64,000 nt of DNA from Promethearchaeota archaeon. GTDB taxonomy: Archaea; Asgardarchaeota; Lokiarchaeia; Sigyniarchaeales; SOKP01. This document shows, piece by piece, positions 22,089 to 32,303 of this stretch. The position numbers and the translations under genes were made by a program. A model generated the notes under the pieces. That model saw only the letters and a program-made list of their open reading frames with translations. It searched no databases and had not been told where the DNA came from. The stretch covers positions 192,001-256,000 of the forward strand of contig JAEOSU010000051.1 in NCBI GenBank assembly GCA_016840165.1, read 5' to 3'. Every line of letters starts with the position of its first letter. The stretch's first letter is position 1.

Positions 22089-23162
22089 ATGAATACTACG
22101 CATCGAATTTATTTTAAGAACTCCAATGAAATGTCTGAGTTATCACCAGATTCAGTTGATCTGATAATAACTTCCCCTCCATACCCAATGATTGAAATGT
22201 GGGATTCACTTTTTAGTGAATCTAATTATGAAATTAAAGACGCTCTTCAAGAGGAGGATGGAAGAAAAGCTTTTCTTCTTATGCATTATGAATTGAATAA
22301 AGTCTGGAAAGAATGTGTAAGAGTTTTAAAAGAAGGGGGGCTTATGTGCATTAACATTGGAGATGCGACCAGAAAAATCAATAACAACTTTCAATTATTC
22401 CCGAATCATGTATTAATAACAAATTTTTTCCAAGAACATGGATTCATTTCTCTTCCCTATATCCTTTGGAGAAAGCCAACCAATGCTCCAAATAAATTTA
22501 TGGGATCAGGCATGCTTCCCCCTAATGCCTATGTGACGCATGAACATGAGTATATCTTGCTCTTTCGAAAGGGAGAGCAAAAAGCGAAAATACCTCCCAA
22601 ATTAGAACAAAGATATAATAGTGCATATTTTTGGGAGGAAAGAAATAATTGGTTCTCTGATATTTGGTCCGACTTGAGAGGAACGGCACAATCCTTAATA
22701 AATGGGATACCTAATTCTAGTGGTGCGGAAGATGAGATCCGAGAACGTTCTGCTGCATTTCCAATAGATCTTCCCTATCGGTTAATTAATATGTATTCGA
22801 TATATGGTGAGACTGTCTTAGATCCCTTCTGGGGAACGGGGACTACTACCCTAGCGGCTATGCTTTGTGCCAGAAATTCAATAGGTTATGATTTAAATCC
22901 AGAATTGGGGAGGATATTTGAACTTAGACTTAAAGAGGTAAAGATTTTAAGTAAAAAGATCAATACGGAACGTTTGGAAGCGCATATTAGCTTCATTAAT
23001 CAAAAAACAAAACTAGGGAAAGAAATAAAGCATGAAAATATAAATTATGGCTTTAAAGTCAATACACTCCAAGAAAAAGAACTACTACTTTATGCTATTA
23101 ATAATGTTACGATAAAGAACAACTTTTACTCAGTTGATCATGAGCCTTTTTACCTAGAATAG
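22089..23162 (+). CDS. Site-specific DNA methyltransferase, beta class (probably N4-cytosine)
   Basis: Motif IV ITSPPY precedes motif I DPFWGTGTT; HEYIL, AAFP. Confidence 0.9.
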   Translation: MNTTHRIYFKNSNEMSELSPDSVDLIITSPPYPMIEMWDSLFSESNYEIKDALQEEDGRKAFLLMHYELNKVWKECVRVLKEGGLMCINIGDATRKINNNFQLFPNHVLITNFFQEHGFISLPYILWRKPTNAPNKFMGSGMLPPNAYVTHEHEYILLFRKGEQKAKIPPKLEQRYNSAYFWEERNNWFSDIWSDLRGTAQSLINGIPNSSGAEDEIRERSAAFPIDLPYRLINMYSIYGETVLDPFWGTGTTTLAAMLCARNSIGYDLNPELGRIFELRLKEVKILSKKINTERLEAHISFINQKTKLGKEIKHENINYGFKVNTLQEKELLLYAINNVTIKNNFYSVDHEPFYLE

Positions 23163-23205
23163 ATTTAATTCCAAAAAAGCGTACTTAAAATTAATTTAGA
23201 TAATC

Positions 23206-24021
23206 TTAGAAATACATCCTAACTGCAAGAATAATTAACACTATTGCCACAAAAAATTGGAGATAAACACGAGGCATACGTTTTGAAATTTTAGCTCCAA
23301 ATATAGAACCAAGAACTGATCCAATTGCAACAAGAATACCAACTAAATAATCAATCTCTCCTAAGATTGCTTTTATTATTGTATTATAAATCGCTGTAAA
23401 GAATATTATTGATGTTGAAATTGCTGTCGAATAATGAATTGGATAGTTTAAAACAATATGTAGTGATGGAGTATTTATTATTCCTCCCCCAATGCCTAAA
23501 AGATTTGCGGTAAACCCTGCAAGCAAAAAAAGTGGTATAGACTTCTTGAAATTGGATTTATAATCATGTTTTTCTAAGAAAAAATTTTGTTCTGAAAATG
23601 GCTGCTTTTTATGTTGATTATTGGTCTTAATTGCTTTATATATCATATTTCCCCCCGCAATAAGTAAGGTCGATGCAAATATTATCTTTAATAGAGTATT
23701 GTCTATTGGGATAAATAGAAATAGAATCGTGGTTAAGATACTACCCAATATTGAGAAAGCAGAGAATAGCAATGATAATTTTAATGTTGTTCTTTTTTGT
23801 TTTAAATAAGTAATGAAACCCGCTAATGAAGATGTTAAAATAATGAAAGTAGAAGTATCGATAGCAATATTTATTGGAATAATAAATACAACCGTCATGA
23901 TACTTACAAATAATACTCCACCCCCAATTCCTGCAATCACCGCTATCGTCCCTGCTAAAAATCCTAAAGAGATCAAAATAAAAATAACAATAAACGTTAT
24001 CTCCATAGAAAAAAAAACCAC
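23206..24021 (-). CDS. TSUP (TauE/SafE) family permease
   Basis: Duplicated GIGGG motifs, AIxTS, about 8 TM. Confidence 0.9.
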   Translation of the reverse strand: MVFFSMEITFIVIFILISLGFLAGTIAVIAGIGGGVLFVSIMTVVFIIPINIAIDTSTFIILTSSLAGFITYLKQKRTTLKLSLLFSAFSILGSILTTILFLFIPIDNTLLKIIFASTLLIAGGNMIYKAIKTNNQHKKQPFSEQNFFLEKHDYKSNFKKSIPLFLLAGFTANLLGIGGGIINTPSLHIVLNYPIHYSTAISTSIIFFTAIYNTIIKAILGEIDYLVGILVAIGSVLGSIFGAKISKRMPRVYLQFFVAIVLIILAVRMYF

Positions 24022-24124
24022 TAATTAATCATAAATTTTGTGAAAAAAACTCAATTAAATTAAAAAACATGAAAGGTTATTAAATTACTAACTAATCATT
24101 TTCAAATTTCCTTACTCTCTGATA

Positions 24125-24514
24125 ATGCCTGATTCAAACGACAATAAATTTGTTCTTGAATTGGTACCTTGTTCTCGCTGTGGGAATCCATTTATGAAAC
24201 CAAAGGGTAAAAAAGCTACTGAAGAATTGGTATGTGATAATTGTATTAAACTTGAAAAGAGAAAAAAGCAACTGACAGATTCAGTTATAGATGTTCAAAA
24301 AGATATTGAATCATCTATCAAAGATTTTAAAAATCAGTTAAGAATGGCAAAATCACAGAAGACAAAAGAAATATTTTTTGATAAAATAAAGGAACGCTCT
24401 AAACTATTATCGAGATCTGTAGAATTACTCAAGAAAATAGATGAGACAAATGATGAAAAATATATTGAAGAATATAAGAAGTTATTCGAGCGCTTGAAGC
24501 AAGAATATTCATAA
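24125..24514 (+). CDS. Small zinc-finger (CxxC...CxxC) coiled-coil protein
   Basis: CSRC and CDNC followed by K/E-rich heptad-like helices. Confidence 0.6.
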   Translation: MPDSNDNKFVLELVPCSRCGNPFMKPKGKKATEELVCDNCIKLEKRKKQLTDSVIDVQKDIESSIKDFKNQLRMAKSQKTKEIFFDKIKERSKLLSRSVELLKKIDETNDEKYIEEYKKLFERLKQEYS

Positions 24515-24524
24515 CTAAAGCCTA

Positions 24525-25394
24525 TTACTTTTTAATGAATATGAAACCCAAGTTCATTCCATTGTGAAGCTTGTGATGTTTAGCATCAATTTTCATTAAT
24601 TTAGAAAGTACTTTTACCACAATTTTCCATAATAACATGAAAAAGAGGTTGGATTGATATCTATGGCGCAAATTTATTAATTTTTGTTCGGTTTTCTTTG
24701 GATTAAGCGTTTGTAAGAACACAAACTTCATTAACTTTCCATATACATTGAAATATCTGATACATATAAGATGATATTTCTTAAATAGCTCAATTAATTG
24801 ATCAATTTCATATCTTCGATGGTGCCCAATGAGTTGATCTTGAATAGTATAATAGTCCATTCTATGAGGTACAGTGATTATACATATCCCATCTTTTTTT
24901 AAAACCCTACTGATTTCCGCTATAGCTATCTCATCACTCTTTATATGTTCTAATGTATCTAAAGAGCACACAATATCAAATTTTTCATTAAGGTAAGGCA
25001 GATTTCCAATATCCCCGCATAGCGGATTAATGGAGTTAACACCAACTTTATTTTTTGTATATATTTCTGAATTAGATGTGTACTGAGTTAATGGTATTTC
25101 AGATATGTCTAAAAACGACTTATTTTTTACGTTCTCTAAACTATATAAAAAAGAATTACCCGAACATCCCAAATCAAGACCATTATTATATTTTTGGAAT
25201 CTATTTAAATTATTTAAGATAATATCAAACTTACATTTAATTCCAGGCGATATTTCGTATTCTAATAATGATCGAGAAGAAAAATTAGTATGGGCATCAT
25301 AAAACAACTTTGAATTCAAAGCAAATAACTCCATTTTCACTTTTTCTTCAAATATTATGAAAAAAATTTTATTTTTTTCTATACTCTCAATCAA
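24525..25394 (-). CDS. Class I SAM-dependent methyltransferase
   Basis: LDLGCSG, LPY...FDIV...LEHI, RVLKKDG, ITVP, GHHRRY. Confidence 0.85.
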   Translation of the reverse strand: MIESIEKNKIFFIIFEEKVKMELFALNSKLFYDAHTNFSSRSLLEYEISPGIKCKFDIILNNLNRFQKYNNGLDLGCSGNSFLYSLENVKNKSFLDISEIPLTQYTSNSEIYTKNKVGVNSINPLCGDIGNLPYLNEKFDIVCSLDTLEHIKSDEIAIAEISRVLKKDGICIITVPHRMDYYTIQDQLIGHHRRYEIDQLIELFKKYHLICIRYFNVYGKLMKFVFLQTLNPKKTEQKLINLRHRYQSNLFFMLLWKIVVKVLSKLMKIDAKHHKLHNGMNLGFIFIKK

Positions 25395-25547
25395 TTAAAA
25401 AAAGTAATTTTGAAATAAATAATTACTTAGCAATTATAGATTTTAATAAAACGCAAATTCAGTATCATTTTTAAACAATCTATTTTTTTAATTAAATTAA
25501 GGCATAGTTAGATCATGTGCCATTCAAACAATAAAAATTGTTTAATA

Positions 25548-25964
25548 ATGCCAATTAACCAAATTTCTGTATTTCTCCCAAATAAGCCGGGGCAATTAGC
25601 TAATTTCTTCGAAATGTTAATGGATAAAAAAATATACATTAGATCGCTTACTGTCGCAGAAACAGAAGAGTATGGCTTATTATTATTATTAGTTGATCAA
25701 TTCAAAGATTGTATTTCGTTATTGGATGAACGCGATCATCTCTATTCAATTACAGAAGTAGTTGCAGTTCGATTATCTGATAATATCGCTGGTCTCTATG
25801 AGGTTGCAAAAACTCTTGGTAAACATGAGATTAATATCGATTATCTCTATACCAGTCTTATTGATGATAACCCATTAGTTATCTTAAAATTGAGCGATAA
25901 TGAAAATGGGACAGAAGTACTTAAGGAAGAAGGATTTGTGGTAATTGAAAATCTAGATAGATAG
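25548..25964 (+). CDS. ACT domain-containing protein (2x ACT)
   Basis: QISVFLPNKPGQL, INIDYLY; start refined to ATG 25548 (ORF track 25515). Confidence 0.85.
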   Translation: MPINQISVFLPNKPGQLANFFEMLMDKKIYIRSLTVAETEEYGLLLLLVDQFKDCISLLDERDHLYSITEVVAVRLSDNIAGLYEVAKTLGKHEINIDYLYTSLIDDNPLVILKLSDNENGTEVLKEEGFVVIENLDR

Positions 25965-27344
25965 ATTTTTATCTGCCTTTTTGATAAGTTTTGCTCTCTC
26001 AATTAATATTTTGACCGCATACGCAGCCTCATCAGGAGTATAAAATATAGGTGCTTTTTCTTTTTTTGCTAATTGATTTATATTTTTAAAACTTTCTCCA
26101 AAAAATATTAATGGAATTAAAGGCTTTTTCCTTCCAGTATCATTCCACGCCTTAACTATACCTCGATAATGTTCATCAGAAACCATTTCTAAAAATGGGG
26201 GAATAACTACACAAGCAACTACGATATCTAATGAATCTTCTTCGAGCATTAATTTTGTTATATTATAATATTGATCTTCACCAGCAACCCCTATCATATC
26301 TAGAGGATTTACTAATTTTACCAATGGGATTAAAAACTTCTTCATCTTATCCTTGAGTTCATTTGTAAAGGACGCTAAACTTAAATTATATTCTTCTATT
26401 TTGTCACTAAAAAGAACTGAACTCCCCCCACTATTTGTTAAAACTCCGATATGCGACCCGTGGGGAATAGGTAGAATGGAAAAAGCTTTAAGGGCGGTTA
26501 TGAAATCAGTAGAATTTTCACATAAAAGTGCTCCTGTCTGGTTTATAGCCACTTTAAGTATTTTATAATTAGATGCTATTGAACCTGTATGGCTACTAGC
26601 AGCTTTCATACCTATAGAAGTTCTACCTCCCTTTAAAAGGATTAGAGGTTTATGTTGGACTATTTCTCTCAATTTATTGAAAAAGTTTCTACCATGTTTT
26701 ATGGTCTCCATGTATATCCCAATAATTTTCGAATTCATATCACGACTAAAAAATTCTAAAACATCCACGAATGATACATCAATATTATTTCCAATATTGG
26801 CAAATTTTGATATACCTAAACCCTCTTGTTCTAATGCATAAAAAGTTGCGCAACCAAATGAACCAGATTGGCTAATTATGCTAATATTTCCCAGTGGTGC
26901 AGTTTGAATAAAAGAAGCATTTAGACTTAAATCAATATTTTGAATTCCCACACAATTTGGCCCCATCACACGGATTCCTGCCTCTTTACACTTTCTTGTG
27001 ATGATTTCCTCCTCCTTTCGTCCTTCGTCATTAATTTCACTGAATCCTGCCGTTATAATTATTATTCCCTTTACACGCTTCTTAATACAATCATCGATCA
27101 CGGATTGGACTATCCTCGCAGGGACCAAAATAATTGCGATATCTATTGCTTGAGGAACGTCCAATATCGAAGAATAACATTTTATTCCTAAAATTTCTTT
27201 TCTATTCTGAGAGATTAAGAAAAGGTCGATATTAGGATGTTTATTTTTAAGAATATTTAAAGTGACCGCATTACCAAATTTTTTTGGGTTTGCAGTTGCA
27301 CCAATTACAGCAATCGATTTGGGATAAAAAAAATAATCAATCAT
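25953..27344 (-). CDS. acdA: ADP-forming acyl-CoA synthetase alpha subunit
   Basis: PKSIAVIGA, GPNCVG, SQSG, ASSHTGSIA, TNSGG, NPLDM; start refined to ATG 27344. Confidence 0.85.
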   Translation of the reverse strand: MIDYFFYPKSIAVIGATANPKKFGNAVTLNILKNKHPNIDLFLISQNRKEILGIKCYSSILDVPQAIDIAIILVPARIVQSVIDDCIKKRVKGIIIITAGFSEINDEGRKEEEIITRKCKEAGIRVMGPNCVGIQNIDLSLNASFIQTAPLGNISIISQSGSFGCATFYALEQEGLGISKFANIGNNIDVSFVDVLEFFSRDMNSKIIGIYMETIKHGRNFFNKLREIVQHKPLILLKGGRTSIGMKAASSHTGSIASNYKILKVAINQTGALLCENSTDFITALKAFSILPIPHGSHIGVLTNSGGSSVLFSDKIEEYNLSLASFTNELKDKMKKFLIPLVKLVNPLDMIGVAGEDQYYNITKLMLEEDSLDIVVACVVIPPFLEMVSDEHYRGIVKAWNDTGRKKPLIPLIFFGESFKNINQLAKKEKAPIFYTPDEAAYAVKILIERAKLIKKADKNLSI

Positions 27345-27348
27345 AATT

Positions 27349-29253
27349 TTATTCTGACTCCTTATAAATTGCAGAACTAGGACATACTTCGATACATGTT
27401 TCACAACCACGACAAGTCGATTGATCTATAAAAGCTTTTTTATTCTTATCATCAAACATAATAGCCGGACACCCAAATTGGTTAACACAGATAAGACAGC
27501 CAATACACTCTTCTGGATCAACCTTTACAATTGGAGGTGTTATTTGTCTTTTACGGAGTTCATTAACCTCGAGTAATGAACATATATGACGTGAGATAAA
27601 AACTCTGACTCCTTTCGCATTCACAGCCTCCTCTAACTTTTTAATCATTAATGGAATATCATTAGAATCTTCAACCCATATATTTTCAGATTTGACCCCA
27701 CATCCTTTGACTAAATCTTCAAGAATAACCCTAGTACCCGGCTCTTTTGTAATTTTTATTCCCGTACCTGGGTTGTCCTGAAATCCAGTCATCGATGTGG
27801 AGCGATTGTCTAATATGATCACCAACATATCATTTTGATTATAAACAGCATTAATTAATCCTGGAATTCCTGAATGAAAAAAAGTAGAATCTCCTAAAAT
27901 TGCCAGAACAGGATTTTCTTTTGGTTGAACTTTCGAAATTCCATTTGCTAACCCGATTGATCCCCCCATACAAATTTCTGTATCTAAGCCTTCTAATGGT
28001 TTATAAACCGCCAGTGTGTAGCATCCGATATCTGAGGAGTTAACAAATTTCGTTTTCATTTTCTTTTCGACTTTCTTCAATGCATAAAATGTAGCACGAT
28101 GACTACATCCAGGGCATAATATAGGTAATCGAGGAGGAATGATAATCATATCTTCAGGAACAGTTTGTTTTTCAAAATCCAAGTCTATAAATCGAGCAAG
28201 AATATCTAAATACAATTCTGCTGGAAATTCTCCATTTTGAGGGAAATAATCTTTTCCATGGATTACAACCTCTTTGGATAGTCCCTCTTCATATGCTATT
28301 TGCTTTAAGATATTCTCTAAAAAGGGTTCTAATTCCTCCAACACTAAAATTTCATCTACATTTTTGAAAAATTCCTTTATAAGTTTTTTTGGTGGGGGAT
28401 AGACTAGCCCTAACTTCAATATTGATACTTTATCTATGAGATTAAAGTAATTTAACGTGTCAATCAAATGTGCATGAGGAACTCCTGCGGCTACGAACCC
28501 ATATCTAACTCCTTTGATCCTTTCTTTGGATATTGTGAGTTTATTAAACGGAAACTGATCCGCAAATTCAGTAATATCTTCAAGACGTTCCAAAAGCCGA
28601 ACTCTTAAAACTCGTGAATGAGAAGGAAGGCAAACCCATCTTGATCGATCCCAATCAAAACTATATTCTCGATTTATCTTAGTGATTTCTCCTAAGACAA
28701 CATCACCTCTACCATGATTAAGGCGGGTGGTTGTTCGAAATAATACAAGGGTTTGAAACTGTTCTGAAAATTCGAATGCATATTTAATCATATCCTTCGC
28801 TTCTTGAGGGGTTGATGGTTCAAATACGGGAACAAGAGCGTGTAATCCAAAATACCTATTATCTTGTTCATTTTGGGAAGAAAAACAGTTTGGATCATCA
28901 GCAGAAATTAAAACCATTCCACCTCTTGCTCCTGCATAGCAAGCCGTCATAAATGCATCGGACGCTACATTAACCCCAACATGCTTCATGCACGCAACTG
29001 ATCGAACATTTGACATTGAACCTCCATATGCAACTTCAAATCCTACTTTTTCATTTATACTCCATTCAAGTTTGAGATGTGGGTGAAAATTGGCCATCTC
29101 GGCTAATGTAGCCATAATTTCAGATGATGGAGTACCGGGATAACCTGCTGCAATTATCACTCCTGCTTCCAAAATACCTCTAGCTAGAGCTTCATTTCCC
29201 ATTAAAATTATTCTTTCTCCAGGAGAGTCATCAACGAATTTTGGATTACTCAT
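27349..29253 (-). CDS. iorA: Indolepyruvate:ferredoxin oxidoreductase alpha subunit
   Basis: MGNEA, YPGTPSSE, MKHVGVN, SSQNEQDNR, LCPGCSHR, DIGCY, GDSTFFHSG, C-terminal ferredoxin; start refined to ATG 29253. Confidence 0.95.
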   Translation of the reverse strand: MSNPKFVDDSPGERIILMGNEALARGILEAGVIIAAGYPGTPSSEIMATLAEMANFHPHLKLEWSINEKVGFEVAYGGSMSNVRSVACMKHVGVNVASDAFMTACYAGARGGMVLISADDPNCFSSQNEQDNRYFGLHALVPVFEPSTPQEAKDMIKYAFEFSEQFQTLVLFRTTTRLNHGRGDVVLGEITKINREYSFDWDRSRWVCLPSHSRVLRVRLLERLEDITEFADQFPFNKLTISKERIKGVRYGFVAAGVPHAHLIDTLNYFNLIDKVSILKLGLVYPPPKKLIKEFFKNVDEILVLEELEPFLENILKQIAYEEGLSKEVVIHGKDYFPQNGEFPAELYLDILARFIDLDFEKQTVPEDMIIIPPRLPILCPGCSHRATFYALKKVEKKMKTKFVNSSDIGCYTLAVYKPLEGLDTEICMGGSIGLANGISKVQPKENPVLAILGDSTFFHSGIPGLINAVYNQNDMLVIILDNRSTSMTGFQDNPGTGIKITKEPGTRVILEDLVKGCGVKSENIWVEDSNDIPLMIKKLEEAVNAKGVRVFISRHICSLLEVNELRKRQITPPIVKVDPEECIGCLICVNQFGCPAIMFDDKNKKAFIDQSTCRGCETCIEVCPSSAIYKESE

Positions 29254-29866
29254 TTTCTTTACCTCTAATTGTTTTTCCCTTTTCAATTCCTAATTCAAAA
29301 GCAGTTTTGTTTATATCCATAGTCTTTTTAGGAATAAATTTCATTATAGAGTCAAAAATTGTGTCTTTTTTAATGGGAATTTGATTGATGCCAACTAAAA
29401 CTCCTAGCATAACCACATTCATGGTTCTTTGATTCCCTGCTTTGAGGGCGAGATCATCGGCAGGGATGAGGTATACATTCTCTGAAACATTAGCTAGGAA
29501 CTCATGTATTTGACTAATAGTTGGATATTCAAGTCCTTGTTGATGGATCATCGGGGGAATAATAAGTTTATCATTAACTATAAAGTTAGTTTGTGGTCCA
29601 GCGTAATTGAAGTTTCTTACTGCTTCACTTGCCTCAAATGCTAATATAACATCCGCTTTACCTCTAGGGATTAATGGACCCTCAATTAAAGTTCCAAAAC
29701 GTAAATAAGAGGCAACACTTCCACCTCTCTGTGCCATCCCATGAGTCTCTGCGGTTCTAACCTTATATCCTTCTCGTAAAGCCGCCCATGAAAGAATCTG
29801 AATTGCTCTAATTACTCCTTGACCGCCTACTCCTACGTTAAGTAAATTATAATTTATTATCTCCAT
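29246..29866 (-). CDS. iorB: Indolepyruvate:ferredoxin oxidoreductase beta subunit
   Basis: GVGGQG, ETHGMAQRGGSV, NVVMLG. Confidence 0.95.
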   Translation of the reverse strand: MEIINYNLLNVGVGGQGVIRAIQILSWAALREGYKVRTAETHGMAQRGGSVASYLRFGTLIEGPLIPRGKADVILAFEASEAVRNFNYAGPQTNFIVNDKLIIPPMIHQQGLEYPTISQIHEFLANVSENVYLIPADDLALKAGNQRTMNVVMLGVLVGINQIPIKKDTIFDSIMKFIPKKTMDINKTAFELGIEKGKTIRGKENE

Positions 29867-29953
29867 AAGGAATCATTTTAAGAATACTCGTTTAAAATAT
29901 TCTTACTATTTTTTAATAATCTCCAAAATTTAATTATATTTTTCGTTATCTAG

Positions 29954-29984
29954 TATAATGGGAATATAATGGGATCAATCCCAT
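29954..29984. promoter_or_regulatory. Candidate operator: TATAATGGGA direct repeat overlapping the palindrome ATGGGAT-CA-ATCCCAT
   Basis: Repeats at 29954-29963 and 29965-29974; inverted repeat 29969-29975/29978-29984; lies between divergent iorB and the CrtI-like gene. Confidence 0.45.
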
Positions 29985-30161
29985 CAATAATTATTTTGGA
30001 AATCTCAATTCTGAAGATTTGCTCTTGAATATTTATATAAAACGTTTATATTTTATGATAATTAAGCAAGAGAAGATATTAAAGAAAATTTACAAAAATC
30101 CAAGTAAAAAAACTTTTATTAGAGCTTTATTTTTCTGATTCATAATTTTAGTTTAGGAAAA

Positions 30162-31700
30162 ATGAAAATGAAAATCGCTATTATTGGATCTGGTTTGGCA
30201 GGTCTTACAGCAGCAGCATATTTAGTGAGAGAAGGTTATGATGTAGAGATCTATGAGCAATTTGAAGAAATAGGAGGAGTCACAGCAACGATTCATAAAG
30301 AGGGTTATTCTTGGGATATAGGACCCTTACTTTTGGAAGGTTTTGCTCCTCATGAGAAGTTTGGAAAAATTCTTTCAGAATTAGGATTAACAGACAAAAT
30401 TGAATTTATCAATGATGATAGAGGCCAATCATTCCCAGATTTCCAAGTATGGAGACCAAAAGAATATGAGGGTCCTTATTGGAGACGGGAGTTTTTTAAG
30501 AAATTATTTCCATCAGAAAGTGTTGGTCTGGACAAATACTATGAATTCTATGATCATATGATGGCGATTATGTATTTAGGAAATCAATTACCCTTTGCTA
30601 AAGGTTTAAAGGCTTTCATATTAAAAGTAAAAATACTAGTTAAATTTATGAAAGTACGGAAATTTAAGGATTGGAGTGCTGCTCAAGTAACTGATTATTT
30701 CTTTAAAGAACAAAAATTAAAAGCAGTATACCTAGGAATCTTAGCAGATATGGTGGTAAGACCAAGCCAATTTTTTGGATTAGGTGTTCCAGCGTTTAAT
30801 GTAGAAACAGCTTTTGATAAAAGAATTCCAATACAAACTAATTATGGGAAATTACCTACTTATCATTACATCCAAAATGGTTGTGAGCAATTAGTTAAAG
30901 CATTAGCGGATTTTGTTACATCTAAAGGAGGGAAAATCTATACAAGTAGTAAGGTAACAAAAATAATTATAGAAAATAATCAAGCTAAAGGTATGATGCT
31001 TGAAAATAGCGAAATTATTGAATCTGATTTAATCTTAGCTAGTGGTGGGGTTCTAAATACTTTTTATAACCTTATAGGTCAGGAATATCTCCCTAATGAA
31101 CTTATATCTCTCATTGAGAACTTAGAGTACATGGAATCTGTATTTTTTGTTAATATAGGAATAGATTTTGATCCCTCCTCCCATCAAAGAAAAGCATTAT
31201 GTTATTATTATGGAACTTACGATATTGAAGGGGCAATAGATAATTGTATTTCAGGAAAATATCATGAAGGGAAAGATGGATTCTTAATATATATTCCTTC
31301 CATGCATTCCCCTGAAATGGCACCTCATGGGAATCATGCTGTAACAATATATACCATTGCACCCCATAAATTAGATGAAGGAGATTGGGCACAAAAAGGA
31401 GAAGATTTTGCAGAAAAATTATTAATAGAAGCTGAAAAGTACATTCCTGGATTGAGAGAGCATATTCAGACCAAAATCATCCTCACTCCTGATGATTTTA
31501 AATCTAGAATTAACGTAATTCGCCATAGTTTTGGAGGATTAGCGCCAATTATTGGACAAACAGGTCCCTCGCATCGAACTCCGATTGAAAAATTATGGTA
31601 TATAGGAGCATACAGTGAATCTGGAGGCGGAGTAGCGGGAACAGCTCTTGGAGCTCGAAATGTAGCAAAGATGATTTTAAGAGAGACTCAAAATAAGTAA
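30162..31700 (+). CDS. FAD-dependent oxidoreductase, phytoene desaturase (CrtI)-like
   Basis: IIGSGLAGL Rossmann motif, WDIGP, PSMHSPEMAP, TPDDF, GGGVAG. Confidence 0.85.
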   Translation: MKMKIAIIGSGLAGLTAAAYLVREGYDVEIYEQFEEIGGVTATIHKEGYSWDIGPLLLEGFAPHEKFGKILSELGLTDKIEFINDDRGQSFPDFQVWRPKEYEGPYWRREFFKKLFPSESVGLDKYYEFYDHMMAIMYLGNQLPFAKGLKAFILKVKILVKFMKVRKFKDWSAAQVTDYFFKEQKLKAVYLGILADMVVRPSQFFGLGVPAFNVETAFDKRIPIQTNYGKLPTYHYIQNGCEQLVKALADFVTSKGGKIYTSSKVTKIIIENNQAKGMMLENSEIIESDLILASGGVLNTFYNLIGQEYLPNELISLIENLEYMESVFFVNIGIDFDPSSHQRKALCYYYGTYDIEGAIDNCISGKYHEGKDGFLIYIPSMHSPEMAPHGNHAVTIYTIAPHKLDEGDWAQKGEDFAEKLLIEAEKYIPGLREHIQTKIILTPDDFKSRINVIRHSFGGLAPIIGQTGPSHRTPIEKLWYIGAYSESGGGVAGTALGARNVAKMILRETQNK

Positions 31701-31879
31701 GTATAGCTATAAAACAAAAGATTTAACCCAACACATCGATTTATTCATTATTTTTCTTAATAATTTAAGCAAGGGTTTTTCACAAACTATTTTAAGAAAA
31801 ATTGTTAAATTTTCAATTCATATCATACATATATTTTAACGAAAGCGAGTTTCAATCAAGAAAAATTGATGATCATTGC

Positions 31880-31897
31880 TTATTAAGATCTTAATAA
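31880..31897. repeat. Perfect 18-bp palindrome TTATTAAGATCTTAATAA
   Basis: Sequence equals its own reverse complement. Confidence 0.6.
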
Positions 31898-32166
31898 ATT
31901 CTTACTTGAGGGTGATTTGTAACTATTCTATTCAAAATTTATTCAAAATTTGGGATAATATGCTTCAACAAAATGACAATATGTCCCATGAATTCTGAGA
32001 AAAATTTTTATTTTCAATTAAAATTATGAGCCAACGTAGCTTTTATTTTTTAATACTTGCTTATAATGGAAAATAAAAAAAGAAGGAACATCAAACCAGA
32101 TATTAGCATTCTAATATATTGAATATTCAAATCAAACGGTTATTAAATTGACGAAACATTTTTATA

Positions 32167-32303
32167 GGTGGAATAACATATTATGGATTAGAAAATTTCG
32201 ATTTTCGTTTTGTAGTGGAATGTTTTTTTTTAGCCCATAATTTATTCCTCCACGAATTTTTTGGACTCAAAATCTAATACATTCCATTACTTTTTTCTTT
32301 TTT
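32167..32303 (+). ncRNA. Candidate structured RNA (interleaved stems/pseudoknot, UUCG hairpin, U-tract end)
   Basis: Pairings 32170-32176/32242-32248, 32180-32186/32235-32241, 32191-32196/32201-32206 (TTCG loop), 32212-32223/32279-32290; T-tract follows. Confidence 0.35.
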
